The notes under the pieces: generated by a model
Told to the model about the DNA's origin: nothing
Seen by the model: the letters and a program-made list of their open reading frames with translations, nothing else
The model's database searches: none
Part shown: in pieces, positions 1 to 14,089 of the stretch
How the letters are laid out: each line of letters begins with the position of its first letter
Position numbering within the stretch: position 1 is the stretch's first letter
From: Geosiphon pyriformis uo1
Taxonomy: Eukaryota > Fungi > Glomeromycota
Direction of reading: 5' to 3'
NCBI GenBank assembly: GCA_016748015.1
Contig: JAAOMT010000494.1
Location: forward strand, 211,156 to 275,155
DNA: 64,000 nucleotides
Program-made: the position numbers and the translations under genes

Positions 1-690
1 TGCCAAATTTTCACACGGTGCAGATTCATGAACATCCTGACGAAACCCTCAGCCCCCGGATTTAGTTGAGCTGGGATCCTACTTGAATCAACAATCCATT
101 CCTTAAAAACGAACCCTTTAACCAAATTAACATACAAATCCATCACCAAATCAGCGCATTCCACCAAATCGGGATACATCAACGAATGCAAACTTGGCAA
201 ATGCTAGACCGAATCCAAGGTCTCATAAGAACATCTCCCAAACTCCGAACTTTCGCGTGATATATCAACTCTAGTGTCTCTATCAGAACAGTAGACGATT
301 CCACCTCACCGCACTTCACTATCATAAACTTTTTCTCTCAGCAACTAGTAAAAGGCTGTGTAAAGTCATCATAGCGTATGTATGGAAACCAGCCGTTATT
401 CGACTCGTCGTTCCCGATTTCAGATGCGAATCTTGATGCCATACTGCTGTCGTACTTTCCCAATCGATTCCCATACATGATTACCATGTCGAGCCTCTTG
501 TGCGCCTGGTCCACCCCCTTCTCCGTACACATTTGAGCGCGTCATAAATGCCACGAACGTACTGCCTAGCGATGTGCGAAATTTGTACACCGAAAGTGTT
601 GACTAAAATATTTCTCGAGAGATTGTGAGGTAGGGTTCTATCACAAGTGCCAGATTCCCCAGCTAACCTATTTGCCTTGTCATTGCCCAC
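1..690 (-). mobile_element. Degenerate non-LTR retrotransposon (LINE) ORF2 3' fragment: end of RNase H plus C-terminal Zn-finger region; runs off the window edge
   Basis: Minus-strand frames give GNDKANRLA (RNase H GNExADxLA motif), then across frameshifts HTYAMMTLHSLLLVAERK, KCGEVESS, LYVNLVKGFVFKEWIVDS and HRVKIW, which resemble LINE ORF2 C-termini. There is an abrupt switch to AT-rich DNA at about 700. Confidence 0.7.
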
Positions 691-3600
691 ATCTCCTAAA
701 TGGTTTGTATTTGAATTTGTAACTTATTCAACACTTTTATTTTTAATTAAAAAGTTATAAATTAAAATTCAATCTTTATTATTTTAGTATAAGGTTTTTA
801 AAATTGTTAATAATAATAAGAAAGTTTGTCGAAATACAAATAATATTTATTATTAAAACCTTTGTTTTCTGATAGTCAAATATTTAATATTAAAATAATA
901 AAATCTTTTATTTATAATAAAAGTTTCTAAATGCTTTGATAAAATTAATTTAATGAAGATATTGAAAAAAACCTTTGAAATAATATAATGCGAAATCAAT
1001 TTGTAGAAGTTATTAAAGACCAAATAAATTTATGTGGGAGTCTTGACTTTTCTGACCCTTTAATAAATGCGATGTCATTATAAAATTTTCAATCATGATT
1101 TCCAACTTATTGAGATCTTGGTAATTGTAGCTGAAATAAAAAATATACATGAACAAAAAATGCCCATGCACATCCCTTAAACACCATAATTTTTAGTTTA
1201 AGAAAGTTTCAATTTTAGTTTTTTAAATCAATTTCTCTTTTTCTAAACCAGTGTTTTTGCTTTTTAATTTATATTAATATTTTGCGAGCATTATTAATTA
1301 CCATAAAGTCTCTAAAGTAGACAACACTTTTTCTTCAATTTTAAAAGTTGAATAAGTAACTTTTAAAAATTAATATTGTCAGATAAAAAATATATTTTAT
1401 ATTCATTTTCTAATTCTAATTCTTTAACATACTATCTTCTTTCAAATAAATCTTAAATTTCATCTCTTTTATTAATTTCTGAACCAGAAATATATAATAA
1501 ACTATTTTCAATTTTGTTTACATTTTTTAAATTATTTAACAATGATTTTTACAAGATATTCTTCTATATCTCTAAAATTCATAGACAAATCAAATTATAA
1601 TCCGATTTTGTAAATTTTTATCTTTATTTAATTGAAATTCTTTATTACTCATTTATACATACCATATTTCTTCCAATTTATCTTTGAATATCTTAAAATG
1701 ATTATTATATATATTTACTAGCATTGTATTTTGACATATTAATTTAGTTTTGTGTTCCTTAAATAATTTATAAATAATATATTTTATTATATGTTATCAT
1801 AACAAAAATATTATATCATTTAAAAACCAATAACACAAAAAATTTAATTATCAGTATTGATATTCATTGTAATATTATTAATTAATAAATATAAAAAGAT
1901 TATATTATATTCAAAATATTAATTTGTTTAACTTCATAAATAAAAATAAAATAGTAAATATTTCAAATAAGCATTAGAAAAACTTTAATTCACTGTGTTT
2001 ATATAATTTGAAATTGCAATTATATAACAATTAACATCAATTTATTGAAATATAATTTTATTTACAAATATTTTATACAAATATTTTAATTTTGGATACT
2101 TGGTTATTAATATTGACAAATTATTAATTATTTTTATATTAATAAAAAAGATAAAAAACACTTACATAAAATAAACAATAAAATGTAAAAAGGCAATTAA
2201 AATTTGATTTTGGAAATTTGATTTTTTAAAATAATTAAAATTAATTAAAATCATAAATCATAAGTTTGCAAGAATAATTATAAACTAAAAATCGTTAATT
2301 TGTATTCTACTTTTAAAGTTAAGAAACATGTTTTAGTAAATATATATATAGATATTAAAAAAAATGTGAATGCAAGCACCAAAAGTAATTTCGATTGATT
2401 CAAATCCAATTACATGTTTTTTAAATAAATAATTTTATATTAATTGGAAAAACTACTTAAGCATTCATTAATATGCATAGTTAAAAAATGACTTGAACAT
2501 GATGCATCTGGATGAAAATTTAAATTCTCTCATTACTTTTTACTTTTTTTTTATAAGCTTATTTTACTTCCCAAGTAATTTTCAAAATTTTAATTTATGC
2601 AATAATCTACAACCATATTTTCACTTACTAAAAAGATTCTTTTAGGTAAAAAAATTAATCAAATTAACACTCTTTCCGTTCGCCTGACCAAGTAAGAAAA
2701 AAAATTTCGCAGAGTTTTCTCTCCTTAATTCAAACTACAATAGCAATTAAATTTTTTTTGATCCAAATTAAAATTTTTTAAAATCCAACTAGAAACACTT
2801 GAATTTCTTAAGCTTGGCAATTTTTATACTCTTTCGAACATACTTTAAACATTTTTGAGACTAGATTTAGGGTTTTCCAAACCTTTCTGGAATCCTATTA
2901 TAAATTTGTTTAACCAATCCTTAAAATTTTATGCGATTAAAAATTCTCTTGGTAATTTCAACACATTTTATTGTTATATTAAAAAAATGCTAGTCCAATT
3001 AACTGAAATTTTATGATAAACCTTGAAGTGTATCTCGTTGCCATATTTTCTTTAGGATAGAAAAATTCTTTGTTGAAATTTTTATTTGCAGCTTCCAAAA
3101 CCGATTGGAGTTCAAATTTAAAGGAATTCTTTTGAATTTACCAAAAAATTTTTGAAAATTAACAATTGAAAAAGTCACTATAGCAAGTTTATTTTTTAAT
3201 TGACCACATGTTTTGCTTTTTGAAGCATTTTTATGAACAAGGCTCTTCGAGAACAATAAAATTTTCTTTCAATTTAAATTATTTTAATATATTTTTTTTA
3301 ACTTTATTTATTCAACACGTTCAAGAACCAATCTAAATCACAAATTTTTTAATCACAAATTTGATTAATATTTAACATTTTAGGTTTTACTATCATAATC
3401 TTTTAAATTCACTGCATTTGTTAAGATTCCTAATAGCCACATCCAATTATATAGGATAATTTTTAAAATTGTACCCACATGTCTCAATTTAATATACAGC
3501 ATGCAGGGGTGTGCCTATAATACGCAGTGTAAAGATCACTTTGCGGACGATGTTTTAATAACATGGCTACCATTTTCTTTCGTCTCTCCCATTTTTGATG

Positions 3601-5454
3601 ATGAGAATTGGAATTCATATCATTTTTGTGTGATACATAAGTGGTTACAATCATAAAAAATTTCCTTAGCGACATAAATGGTTAACAATCTCAATCATTA
3701 CTAACATTGATAAGATTTCTATTTCGCTTCTATAGTGTGAAACATTTTCATAATTGCTCAATGACAATTAAAATTTGAATGAAATTAAAAATTAAAATTA
3801 ATTACTTTAATATCCCTAATTATAAATAAAATTTGGAAGTTTTCAACTCTTAATAAGTCATATTAGGAAAACATCAAACAAATCCCTTTTGTGATTCTGA
3901 TGATTCAATAAAATCTTTTTTACTTTTATTGAATGAAAATCTCATATCTCTAATGATACATAAAACCTTTATTAAATTTAATCATTGACAATTAGAAGTA
4001 TGAAATTAGTCTTTTTAACTTAATAAATATTCTTGATTAGCATTAAAAAATATATATACATATTTCAATTACTTTCATTTTTTTTTTTCTAGGACTTGCC
4101 TAATTAAGCTGTTTGCCCGAAATTTGAAACTAATAACCCCGTAAAAATGAGTCTGCAACCCGAAAATCTTTATTAAATATTAATTGGATCAAAAAAATCT
4201 CATTTAATTAATTATTTTCATTAATAAAATCAAATATCCATTTATTTTCAAACAACAACAACAACAATTTTTAAAATTTCAAATTAAGGTTGAGATTCAT
4301 TACACTTTAAATGACCAGAAATTATTGAATAAAAAACGTTTTTTGCCATTTTTCTTTTATAAACACTAATTTACCACATTCAAAATACAACCTTGACTGG
4401 ACTTTGTTGTCTCAAAACAATCCATTGATTATATCTCAAATTCTATTCTTTATAATTGGAGAAATTTTTCAAAAATAACAATGTCATCATATCTTGTCAT
4501 GTTGGTGAGAATGAGCTCAGATTCCCGTTTCTTTCCTTTTGTGGCTATCTTGCTTTAGGTTCTAAAGTAATGATCTCAATTTTTATACATTTCTTTTGTG
4601 AAATTAGTAAAAATACTTTTTGAGAACAATGATTATGTTTTTGAATATGAATTTTTTTATATTCTTCGCTCTTGACCCCATAATTTCTTGTTTCATAAAA
4701 ATTCTCAAAGTATTATACCACGCTGATTGTTTATGAAGAAAAACCTCTATGGTAAGGAGAAAAATATTGATAATAATTTTTATATATATGTCGGCTATAG
4801 CTACTATTCTAAATGTACAAATAAACCAAAATCCCTTCATGTCGAATTATCATTTTTGTTGTACAATATTTATCGAAACACAAAACTTTCTCGACGTATT
4901 CTCTCTAGCTAATGTTTCACTGAAAAAAAAAAGCCTTTCTCTCAATAAATGCATGAATACATTTATAAAAAATTTCCGAAATTGGAAGTAAAGTTGGAAA
5001 AATGGTTGAAAAATGTAAAAAAGAATTTGTGGTATAAAATTATAGAGTCTTGGCATTATCATAAATTTAATTGTGTGTGCAAATTACAATTTTTAATTCG
5101 ATCAATTTGGACTGCACATGGAATGCTACATATGACGCTTTTTGAAAGAAAATTCTATCCTTTACATGATTATCACTACGAGCTTATCCAATTTATCGAA
5201 TCACCAATCAATATTTTTGTCTCGAAATTAAGGTTACATGCTACACGCCTAATTAATTGAAAAGAATAAATGCCTCCTCGGATGCCATTTTGAATATTTT
5301 TTTTCATGTCCCTAATCCGAAGATTTTTCTCTCGTTCAGTGGTTGTAACCAACGGTCGTCCTTTCTTTCCTTAATTTTTGCCTCTAGTTTACACTTTATT
5401 GTGTTAGGCTTCCTTGTCAAATTCCTCACCTTCCCTAACTTCCAACTTTCTAAA

Positions 5455-8071
5455 ATGGTTTCAAAAAAGAATCCTATCCTCTCAACGCTTCTTCTTCTCC
5501 TTTTCTCAACAACACTTCCCTCCATTGTTCAGGCTGGCTACAGTATCTCCCAACCATCATCAGGGCAAGTCTGGAAAAAAGGAGACGCCGTAAAAGTAAA
5601 ATGGTCAATTGACGGTCAAGCAGACACTCTAGTAGATGTACTTCTTGTCTCCGGGAAACAAGATAACTTGCAGCTTTTTACAAAGTTATGTACTGGATTG
5701 AATCCCAGTGTGGGTGTATGTGACTACACAGTTGCTGCAAATATCCCCTCAGGTTTGAATTATGCCATTGAAGTTGGAAATTCGAATAATGGAAATAATT
5801 ATGGATACTCTAGTTATTGTAAGTATTTGAATGATGCATAAATTTAATTTTTGATGGCCATTTTACAATAGAAAAGAAAACTTGCATTACTTTGAAATTT
5901 TTATCAATTTGCCAAGTCCTCCAAGTAAAACCAAATTTTCAAAAAAATTTCCCAATTAATTTTTATGAACGTTTGCAAAGAAAATACAAAAGTCAATTCC
6001 TATTAAGAGACGCAAAAATAAAAATATTATGATTCTTCTAACCATAAAAATCTTCTTTTTGATAATAGTTACAATCGAGTCACAAGGACCATTACCCGAA
6101 AGTAAAGGATGTCCCAATATGGTAATTTTAACTTTTTAGATTCAATTGATTTATTTTCACCAATTGAACGACCTTAATAAATTTTAAAAATTTTAGGGTG
6201 GCAACGATTGCTCAGAATCACTACCTTGCTGTAGTGCCTCCGGCTATTGTGGTAAAACTAAGGACTATTGTGGGGAAGGCTGTCAAGCAAAATATAGTTT
6301 CAATGGTGTATGTGTTTTGCCGGGTCAAGTTAAATCGACATCTAGCAGCACAACCACTTCCTCAACCACCACATCAACATCCAGCAGCACGACCACTTCC
6401 CCAACCACCACATCAACATCCAGTAGCACAACCCTTTCCCTAACCATCAGTACTACGACCACTTCTTCGACCACAACATCAAAATCCAGCAGCACGACCA
6501 CTTCCCTAACCACCCCTATGACTACTTTTCCAACCACCACATCAACATCCAGTAGCACAACCCTTTCCCTAACCACCCCTATGACTACTTTTCCAACCAC
6601 CACATCAACTTCCAGCAGCACGACCACTTACTCGACCACATCAAAGTATTCGTCAACCACCACTTCACCCTCAACTACTACTACTACTACATCATCCTCA
6701 ACCACATCAAATTTATCGTTAACTGGTATTCCTTCGCTGACACTTATTCCAACCTCAACCACTACCACACCCTCATCATTGACTACCAAATCGTCTTCAA
6801 CAAGTACTTTATCATCAACCGCTACCTCATTGACCAGCTTAACTATAACATCATTGTCCACTGATCCTTCCTCATCATTCACCACCACTAAATATTCAAC
6901 CTTATTATCATCTTCTTCCTCAACCACTACTTCCGTATCAACCCCAACAAATGACCCGACCAAATGTGGTGCGGTAAAATGCACTGAAGGAAGTCCATGT
7001 TGTAGTGAATTTAATTACTGTGGCTCTACTCAAGAACATTGCAACGTTCGTTGTCAGCCTGGAAAGTCATTCGCTGGAAAATGCTTTGTTGATGGAATCT
7101 CTAAATCAACTTCATATTCAATTATCACATCATCATCAACATCTATCAAATCCTCAACTGTAATCCCGTCGTCAACAACTACCTCAACATCAACCCCAGT
7201 TAGCGATCCTACTAAATGTGGTGCGGTAAAATGCACTGAGGGAAGTCCATGTTGTAGTGAATTTAATTATTGCGGCTCTACTCAGGAATATTGCAACGTT
7301 CGTTGTCAGCCTGGAAAGTCATTCGCTGGAAAATGCTTTGTTGATGGAATCTCTAAATCAACTCCATACTCAATTATCACATCATCATCAACATCATCAA
7401 CATCTATCAAATCCTCAACTGTTATCCCGTCGTCAATAACTACCTCAACATCAACCCCCGTTAGCGATCCTACTAAATGTGGTGCAGTAAAATGTACCAA
7501 GAAAAGCCCATGTTGCAGTCAATATAACTATTGTGGCTCTACTAAAGAGTATTGCAACGCTGGTTGCCAGCCTGGAAAGTCATTCGCTGGAAAATGCTTT
7601 GTTAGTGGAATCTCTAAATCAACTCCATACTCAATTATCACATCATCATCAACATCATCTATCAAGTCCTCAACTGTTATCCCATCGTCAACGACTAACT
7701 CTACATCAACCCCAGTTAGCGATCCTACTAAATGTGGTGCAGTAAAATGTACCAAGAAAAGCCCATGTTGCAGTCAATATAACTATTGTGGCTCTACTAA
7801 AGAGTATTGCAACGCTGGTTGCCAGCCTGGAAAGTCATTCGCTGGAAAATGCTTTGTTAGTAAAGTTTCTAAAGCATCTCACATTCCTAAATTACCAAAA
7901 CTTCCTCATGGTGTCATTAAATGCGGCAAAGTTTATTGCACAGCAAAAAAACCTTACTGCAACCAAAATAACAAGTGCACTAAATCTCTTAAAGGTTCTA
8001 AAAAATGTCAACCAAAGAAGAGTTTCATGGGTGTTTGTGACAAAAAAGCTCCGATCTTCCAACACTATTAG
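5455..8071 (+). CDS. Secreted protein: signal peptide + Kre9/KNH-like N-terminal Ig-like domain + 5 CBM18 (hevein/chitin-binding type 1) modules + 1 degenerate Lys-rich module, with Ser/Thr-rich linkers
   Basis: ATG at 5455 (MVSKKNPILSTLLLLLF...VQA signal). Exons 5455-5818, 6069-6121 and 6197-8071 joined by GT-AG introns keep frame. The SISQPSSGQVWKKG..VKW...YSSYFTI pattern is Kre9-N-like. The C-x5-CCS-xx-[GN]-YCG-x4-C-x3-CQ pattern repeats five times. Confidence 0.88.
6953..7860 (+). repeat. Intragenic tandem array of four CBM18+linker units
   Basis: Units start at 6953, 7205, 7466 and 7721 (spacing 252/261/255 bp) with near-identical DNA. There is also a ~60-bp tandem duplication at about 6500-6620 in the Thr/Ser linker. 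Confidence 0.92.
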
Positions 8072-11000
8072 ATAAAGTATTAAATGAGTTTAGTTATTTA
8101 TTTTAAGTTTTTAATATTATATAAATACCATGTAGAAAATACTGTCACGATGTACTTTTAGATTATATTGATTAGGGTCTCGCTATATTAGAGTTAAAGA
8201 GCAGCAAGAACATTTACAGAAACTTCTTGGCTAGCTAGTAACTAATATTGCTGTGTGTGAGTAAAATAAATTTTGGGATATGATTGAAAAAACTACATCA
8301 ATAGACATAAAAAATTTGGGGTTTTTGTAAACTTCTCCCAAATGAAAAAATATTTAAGTGTTTTTACTTTAATTTTTATTTTGAAAATAGGTTTTTTGAA
8401 ATAAAATGTCTAAAAAGTTTAACAAAAAAAATCTCAAACCTTTCCCGGTTTTCATATTTTTAGTACTTCTATCAAATTGATTGAGAAGGGTTATTATTTA
8501 TAATATTACATGATTAATTATTTAGCATTACAATTTTTATATTATTATAATTTATAAAATTAAAAAACCAGAGCCTTTGAAATTCTGCCATTCAAGTACA
8601 GTTAAAATTTTCAAAAGCTTTTAAAAAATTTAAACTAAAAAATCTTGAGATTGTTTGTCAAATTTGTCAATAATTATTACAGAAAAAATTAAGAATTAAA
8701 TAGAAGAAATCTTTAGAAATTATTAAAATTGTGAAAACTATATTAATATGTTTTATACCAAAGAAAATTATCAATCGTTTTTTAAAATTCATAGAATTTT
8801 AATGTTTGTACAATAGTTTAAATAAAAAATTAAACGTAAAGATTTTCTTAAAATGAATACTTTTTTTGAAACCAAATAAAAAAGAAAAAAAGAAAAAAGT
8901 GGATTATTTATTCAAAAAAAGCAAGCTAAATCACAAAATTCTGAACTCTGTGAATAAGTTTAAAAAGACTTGATAAACTTTTCATTAGAAGTATTAATTG
9001 TGTAAATTTTTCCAGAAATTTATATAAATAAAACTGTCACCAAATAAAAAAAAAAGAAAATGCATTTTAAAATTAAGTAAAAAGGATATGAACAAGATGA
9101 ATAAATATATTTTGAATTTATCAAGTTAATTTTTGACTGAAAGTTGGTAGAAAAACAGGATAAATTTTCAAAAAATGTATTAAATTAATTCAATAAATTT
9201 AAAATGCTACATTAATTATTAATTTTTTTTCAATAAATCTAAAAAATAGTTGTAAAAAATGGTATAGAAATATTATAATTACAACTTAAAGTATTGCAAT
9301 TGGATATAAAAATATTAACCATAATGAAAAGTTGGTATTTTTTTGTAATTTTTTTTTTTAAAGAAAACATTTTTTTGAGCGATACTGTATTACCTGGTTC
9401 TCAAATTGCTATACAAAAAAAAACTTTACAACTTAAATAACTTTTATAGTTGCTATAGCTCGAGAATAAGGCATTTGCTTTTCAAATGATTTGTTTCAAC
9501 ATTGTTATAAATTTTCATTTTAAAAAAGTCATATTTTGAATTTATATTCAAGAATTTGTTAAAATCTCTTTTTTTTGCAATAAATTAAATACAATAAACA
9601 CTAATTTCATTTTTTTGCCAAAATGGCTCTTGAAATTTAAAACCATTTTTTTGAAGCAGATCATATTCTTAAACTTGTTTATTTGAAAGAATAATAAGTC
9701 AAAAACAATTTTTTAAATTTTCATAAAGAAATTAACGAAATTCTATTCAATAATGCAATTAAATTTACAAAAAAAATTTTCAACAAAGTAATTTCTGCTC
9801 TATAGATAAAAATTTAACAAAATCAAACTTTAAAATTGTTAGAATATGGATTGAAGCAGTTAATATAAAAAAAATATTATCATACTTGTTAATTCTAAAA
9901 ATCATAAAATCCCAAAAATCTTTTTTTTCCATTGCAAGATTAATTTTTTTTTTCTTTTACTCAGTCTTGGTGAAAATTTTAAGCTTGTTTTTTTAAAATT
10001 TAAACATTGGACTTAACAAAACATACTTGATATCTGTTATCTTTTTTTCATTGAAAAATTAAGATTGAGTTTGCAACAATGCAAGATTTGATTTATTTTC
10101 TAAACTGCCCTTTTCCTTTTTCTAAATTCATTGTTAATAATCGTGATCAAAAAATTAAACCAAGACAGGAAAATTGATTTGTATTCACATTTCAATTTTA
10201 AGCAATCAAGTTTTTATGTAGTATATGAACTAGAAAAAATCTCAAGTAATTTTCTAAAACGAAATTTAAAATCCTTCAAAAAAAATTTATATCATTAAGA
10301 ACATGATTTTTCTTGGAGATTTCGAGACAAATTATATTCATAAAAGTTAACCCAAAGCAGAATTATTGAGCTCTCAAAATATTGATGAAATGAAGAAGAG
10401 CTATATAAGTTTATATTTACTTGAAATTTTATTTTAAACTTACAATTACAACAGCTTAATAAAGAATACTCCAAATTTTTAATTAAAGTATTTTTTTGAC
10501 ATTCAAAGACTTTATATATCTGTATAATTCTGAAAATGACCAGCGGATTTCACAATATTTTGAGTTGGTAATTAAATTATATAAATATTTGCTCTTTGAT
10601 TAAAGTCAAATCTTTTAAAGAATGTATTGAAAAACGAAAATTTGACAATTGAAAGCTTTCTTTGATGATGAGTGATACAGAAAATTGCAATCTCTCAAAA
10701 AAAAAAAAAAAAAATTGCAAGACAAATGAAAAAAAGGGTCATTTCAAAATAGAATTCATTATTTCAATTGTAACAATAGTTAAAAAGAAAGATAATTTTA
10801 CAGAAATTGTTATTATGTTTGATTTTAAAATTGGTTTATCAGATCAAAAAAAACTTTAAAGTCTTGGCATTTAAAAAATTGTAAAATAAACATTTTCCAA
10901 ATTTGACTAAAGATCATTGCGAAAAAAATTGATCTTCAAACAACTTATCTTGTTTCACAAATATTTTATATGAAAAAAAAAATTATTTACAATTTTATTT

Positions 11001-11891
11001 TTCCCAAGAAAAATTTTCCTGCTTACAGATCGGATTTAATCTTCAATGCAGTTCTTTAACAAAACATATGTTAGTTTCATTTGTTTGTAAAGTTCTATTA
11101 ATGAAATGCGTGATGTTGAATATCAATTTTATATGTTTATAAATTAACCCTGAAAAAATATAATTTGTACAAACATTTGAATTAATCTTTTTATACTCTT
11201 TTGGACAGAATTACAAATATTTATTGATTCAATTTCTGAAATGATCTTCTAGCGGGATATTTTAACCGATTTCAGAATTCCATATTCCGAATTTTTTCCG
11301 TTTTAGGTTAAAGATCGAAAATTAAATTTAAAGTTTTTTGAATATAATACAAATCTCTTCCTTGGCGAATTTTTATTGAATCATCTTCTAGTATGGATCG
11401 TATAGTACACCAATGCTGACTAACTTGTGCAAAACTATCCGAATTAGTCAATTTTAATCGTAGATTGTGAAGGATTGTAGATGTTTATCGATTATTTAGC
11501 CGATGGTTTTACCGATATTTTTAAGGTATTTTGAATATCACCACAAGGGCATTCATACGTATAAATTAAGGTGAATCAAAGTATATTTTTGAGCTTCTCT
11601 CATTTTATTACTTAATTCCTGCTCGTTAGTTATTAATTTGTAAATTAAGAATGAATAAAATATATTTTTAAAAAACCTTTTTTCATTACGAAGGATTAAA
11701 TTATTTTTATAAAAATCTTGAAAGACCTTACTTCTCGAGGCCAAGACAAGATTTTCACGTTTTTACAAAGCGTATTTTGGTTAAAAAAAATTTTGATTCG
11801 AAGAGCAAAAAAAATCGCTTTTTCAATTCAAACTCATAGAGAAAAAACCAAATTTTCAAGTTAAAATTAAATATTAGCAAATTTCTAATAA

Positions 11892-14089
11892 ATGGCATCT
11901 AAAATTGATTCAAATAAATCCGAATCCGAATCGGATAACGGAAAACCAACTTCTAACACGACGACAATTATAACTGAAGGAAATACTGATCTCAATGACC
12001 CGATTGATTCTACTCTACCTTCAACAGTTTCAAGTACGGCTGAAAAGACATATTCAGAAAAATCAATCGATCCAAATAACGATATAATCTCAGAGAGCAA
12101 TCCGAATAAAGATCAGGATTTAGAGAAAGGAGAAAAAGAATTGACACGAGAAATTTCTTTTGATAATGGAGTGGTTCAATTAGGAAAAGGACAATTTACT
12201 CTTGTTTTGATTGGGTAAACATTTTAATGTTTTCATTTGACTGGGATATTATTAATTTTTTAGTTTATCAAAGATAATAATTCTCTTCTCAAATTCCTAA
12301 TTTTCTAGTCTCGCATTTGGTGTTTTTCTGGCAGCGCTAGATCTAACCATCGTTGCAACTGCTTTACCAAAAATCGCTTCAGACTTTAATTCATTAAATC
12401 AAATTGCGTGGGTAGTTACTGCATATCTTCTCACAACGGTAGTTATTTTATTTATTTATTTTATTTCCTAGAAAAAAAGTTTTCGGCATATTCTAAATTT
12501 TCATGTAAAAATTTGGATATATATTTCATTTTCTATCACAAAGACTGCCTTCCAACCAACCTACGGAAAAATGTCTGATATTTTTGGTCGAAAAGCTGCC
12601 TTCTTATTTGCCATTCTCACATTTGAACTCGGGAGTTTGCTATGTGGTATCGCCCCAAACATCATTTCAATGATTTTATTTCGTGCAATTGCTGGTATTG
12701 GAGGCGGTGGAATTTTTTCCATGACGATGATCATAATATCTGACATTGTGTCCTTAAAAGATCGTGGGAAATATCAAGGAATTATTGGTGCATGTTTTGG
12801 AATTGCTTCATTAGTTGGACCGTTGGCTGGTGGTGCTTTCACTGATCATCTTACTTGGAGGTTGGTCATGAATGATATGCCTTTTTGTTTTTATTTTTTT
12901 CTAGTTGTTCTACTAATGACCAAAAATTATTGATTACAGATGGTGCTTCTTTATCAATTTACCATTCGGAGTCATCACAGTATTGACAGTAGTTTTCGTG
13001 CTTAAACTCCCGAAACCTCAAGGTTCCCTCAAAGAAAAACTAAAGCGTATCGATTGGTGGGGAACTATCACAGTCATCCTTGCAACCGTTACTCTTCTTC
13101 TTCCTCTAAACTGGGGTGGTGATGAATATGCTTGGGACAGTCCAATAATAATAGCTCTCCTAATCCTCGGTGGTTTTTTTTTTATTCTTTTCGGATACAT
13201 CGAAGGTTGGATAGCAATTGAACCGGTTGCATCACCACGTTTATTCAAAAATAGAACTGTAGTCGCGTGTTTCGCAGTAAACCTCTTCCAAGGAATGGCA
13301 TTTTTTTCTCTAGTTTACTACATCCCAATTTATTTCCAAGTCATTAAGGGTGAAACGGCCACCATCTCGGGATTAGAATTATTACCATTTGTACTGGGAG
13401 TCGTAATTGCGTCAATCTCTTCGGGCCAATTTATTTCTCGAGCCAAAAATGCCAGTAAACAAATACTTTGTTTATTTGGTGCTGCGTTTATTACTATCGG
13501 TTCTGGATTGATTAGCACGTTGAATGAAGATTCAAATCGTGAAAAACAGATTGGATACCTAATGATTGCTGGACTTGGCGTGGGTTTGATTATGCAGACT
13601 ACTTTGTTGGCTGGACAGGCGGCTGTAATGTACAAAGACGTTGCTGCTGTGACTTCGATGTTAAACTTTTTCCGTTCGAGTACGTGTTGGCTCCGATTAG
13701 AAATTTTTTTAAATCGAATATTGTATACTGATATATAAATACTTTTTTTATTCTATATTACTTTCCTGACAGTCGGGTCAGTATTTGGCGTAGCAATTAT
13801 CGGAACAATTTTCAAAAACGAGCTCGTCAAAAATCTCAAAGCTTTAAATAACGGAATTCCCATCGAAGCGATAAAAAAATCTTCAACCTTTATCAAAAAT
13901 ATTGACAATCCATCTGTAAAAGCTGATATTATACATGCTTATGTTCAAGCTTTGGATGCCGCATTTCGGGTAGTTATTATTCTCGGTGCTCTTTGTTTTA
14001 TTTCGGCATTAGCTGTTGGTAAGAATAAAAGTCGGCAAGCGGAACATGATAAAATGGCGGTTATTATTGAAGGTAACAAAGAATTATAA
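11892..14089 (+). CDS. MFS drug:H+ antiporter, DHA2 (14-TMS, EmrB/QacA-like) family; 5 exons
   Basis: Spliced motifs [28 protein letters not shown] (motif A), [17 protein letters not shown]...[10 protein letters not shown] and IDWWG. Four GT-AG introns; the last exon ends TAA at 14089. Confidence 0.93.

Noticed and set aside
3011-5260. Several 60-100 aa Lys/Ile/Phe/Asn-rich ORFs
   Set aside because: Composition mirrors AT-rich DNA, many use non-ATG starts and none has a recognisable motif.
6325-7755. Val-rich minus-strand ORFs and alternative-frame plus ORFs
   Set aside because: Shadows of the Thr/Ser-rich CBM18 gene; repeated ACN/TCN codons lack antisense stops.
9370-9420. VLPGSQI resembling a Merlin/ISXO2 transposase motif
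   Set aside because: Single short match with no supporting DDE motifs or TIRs.
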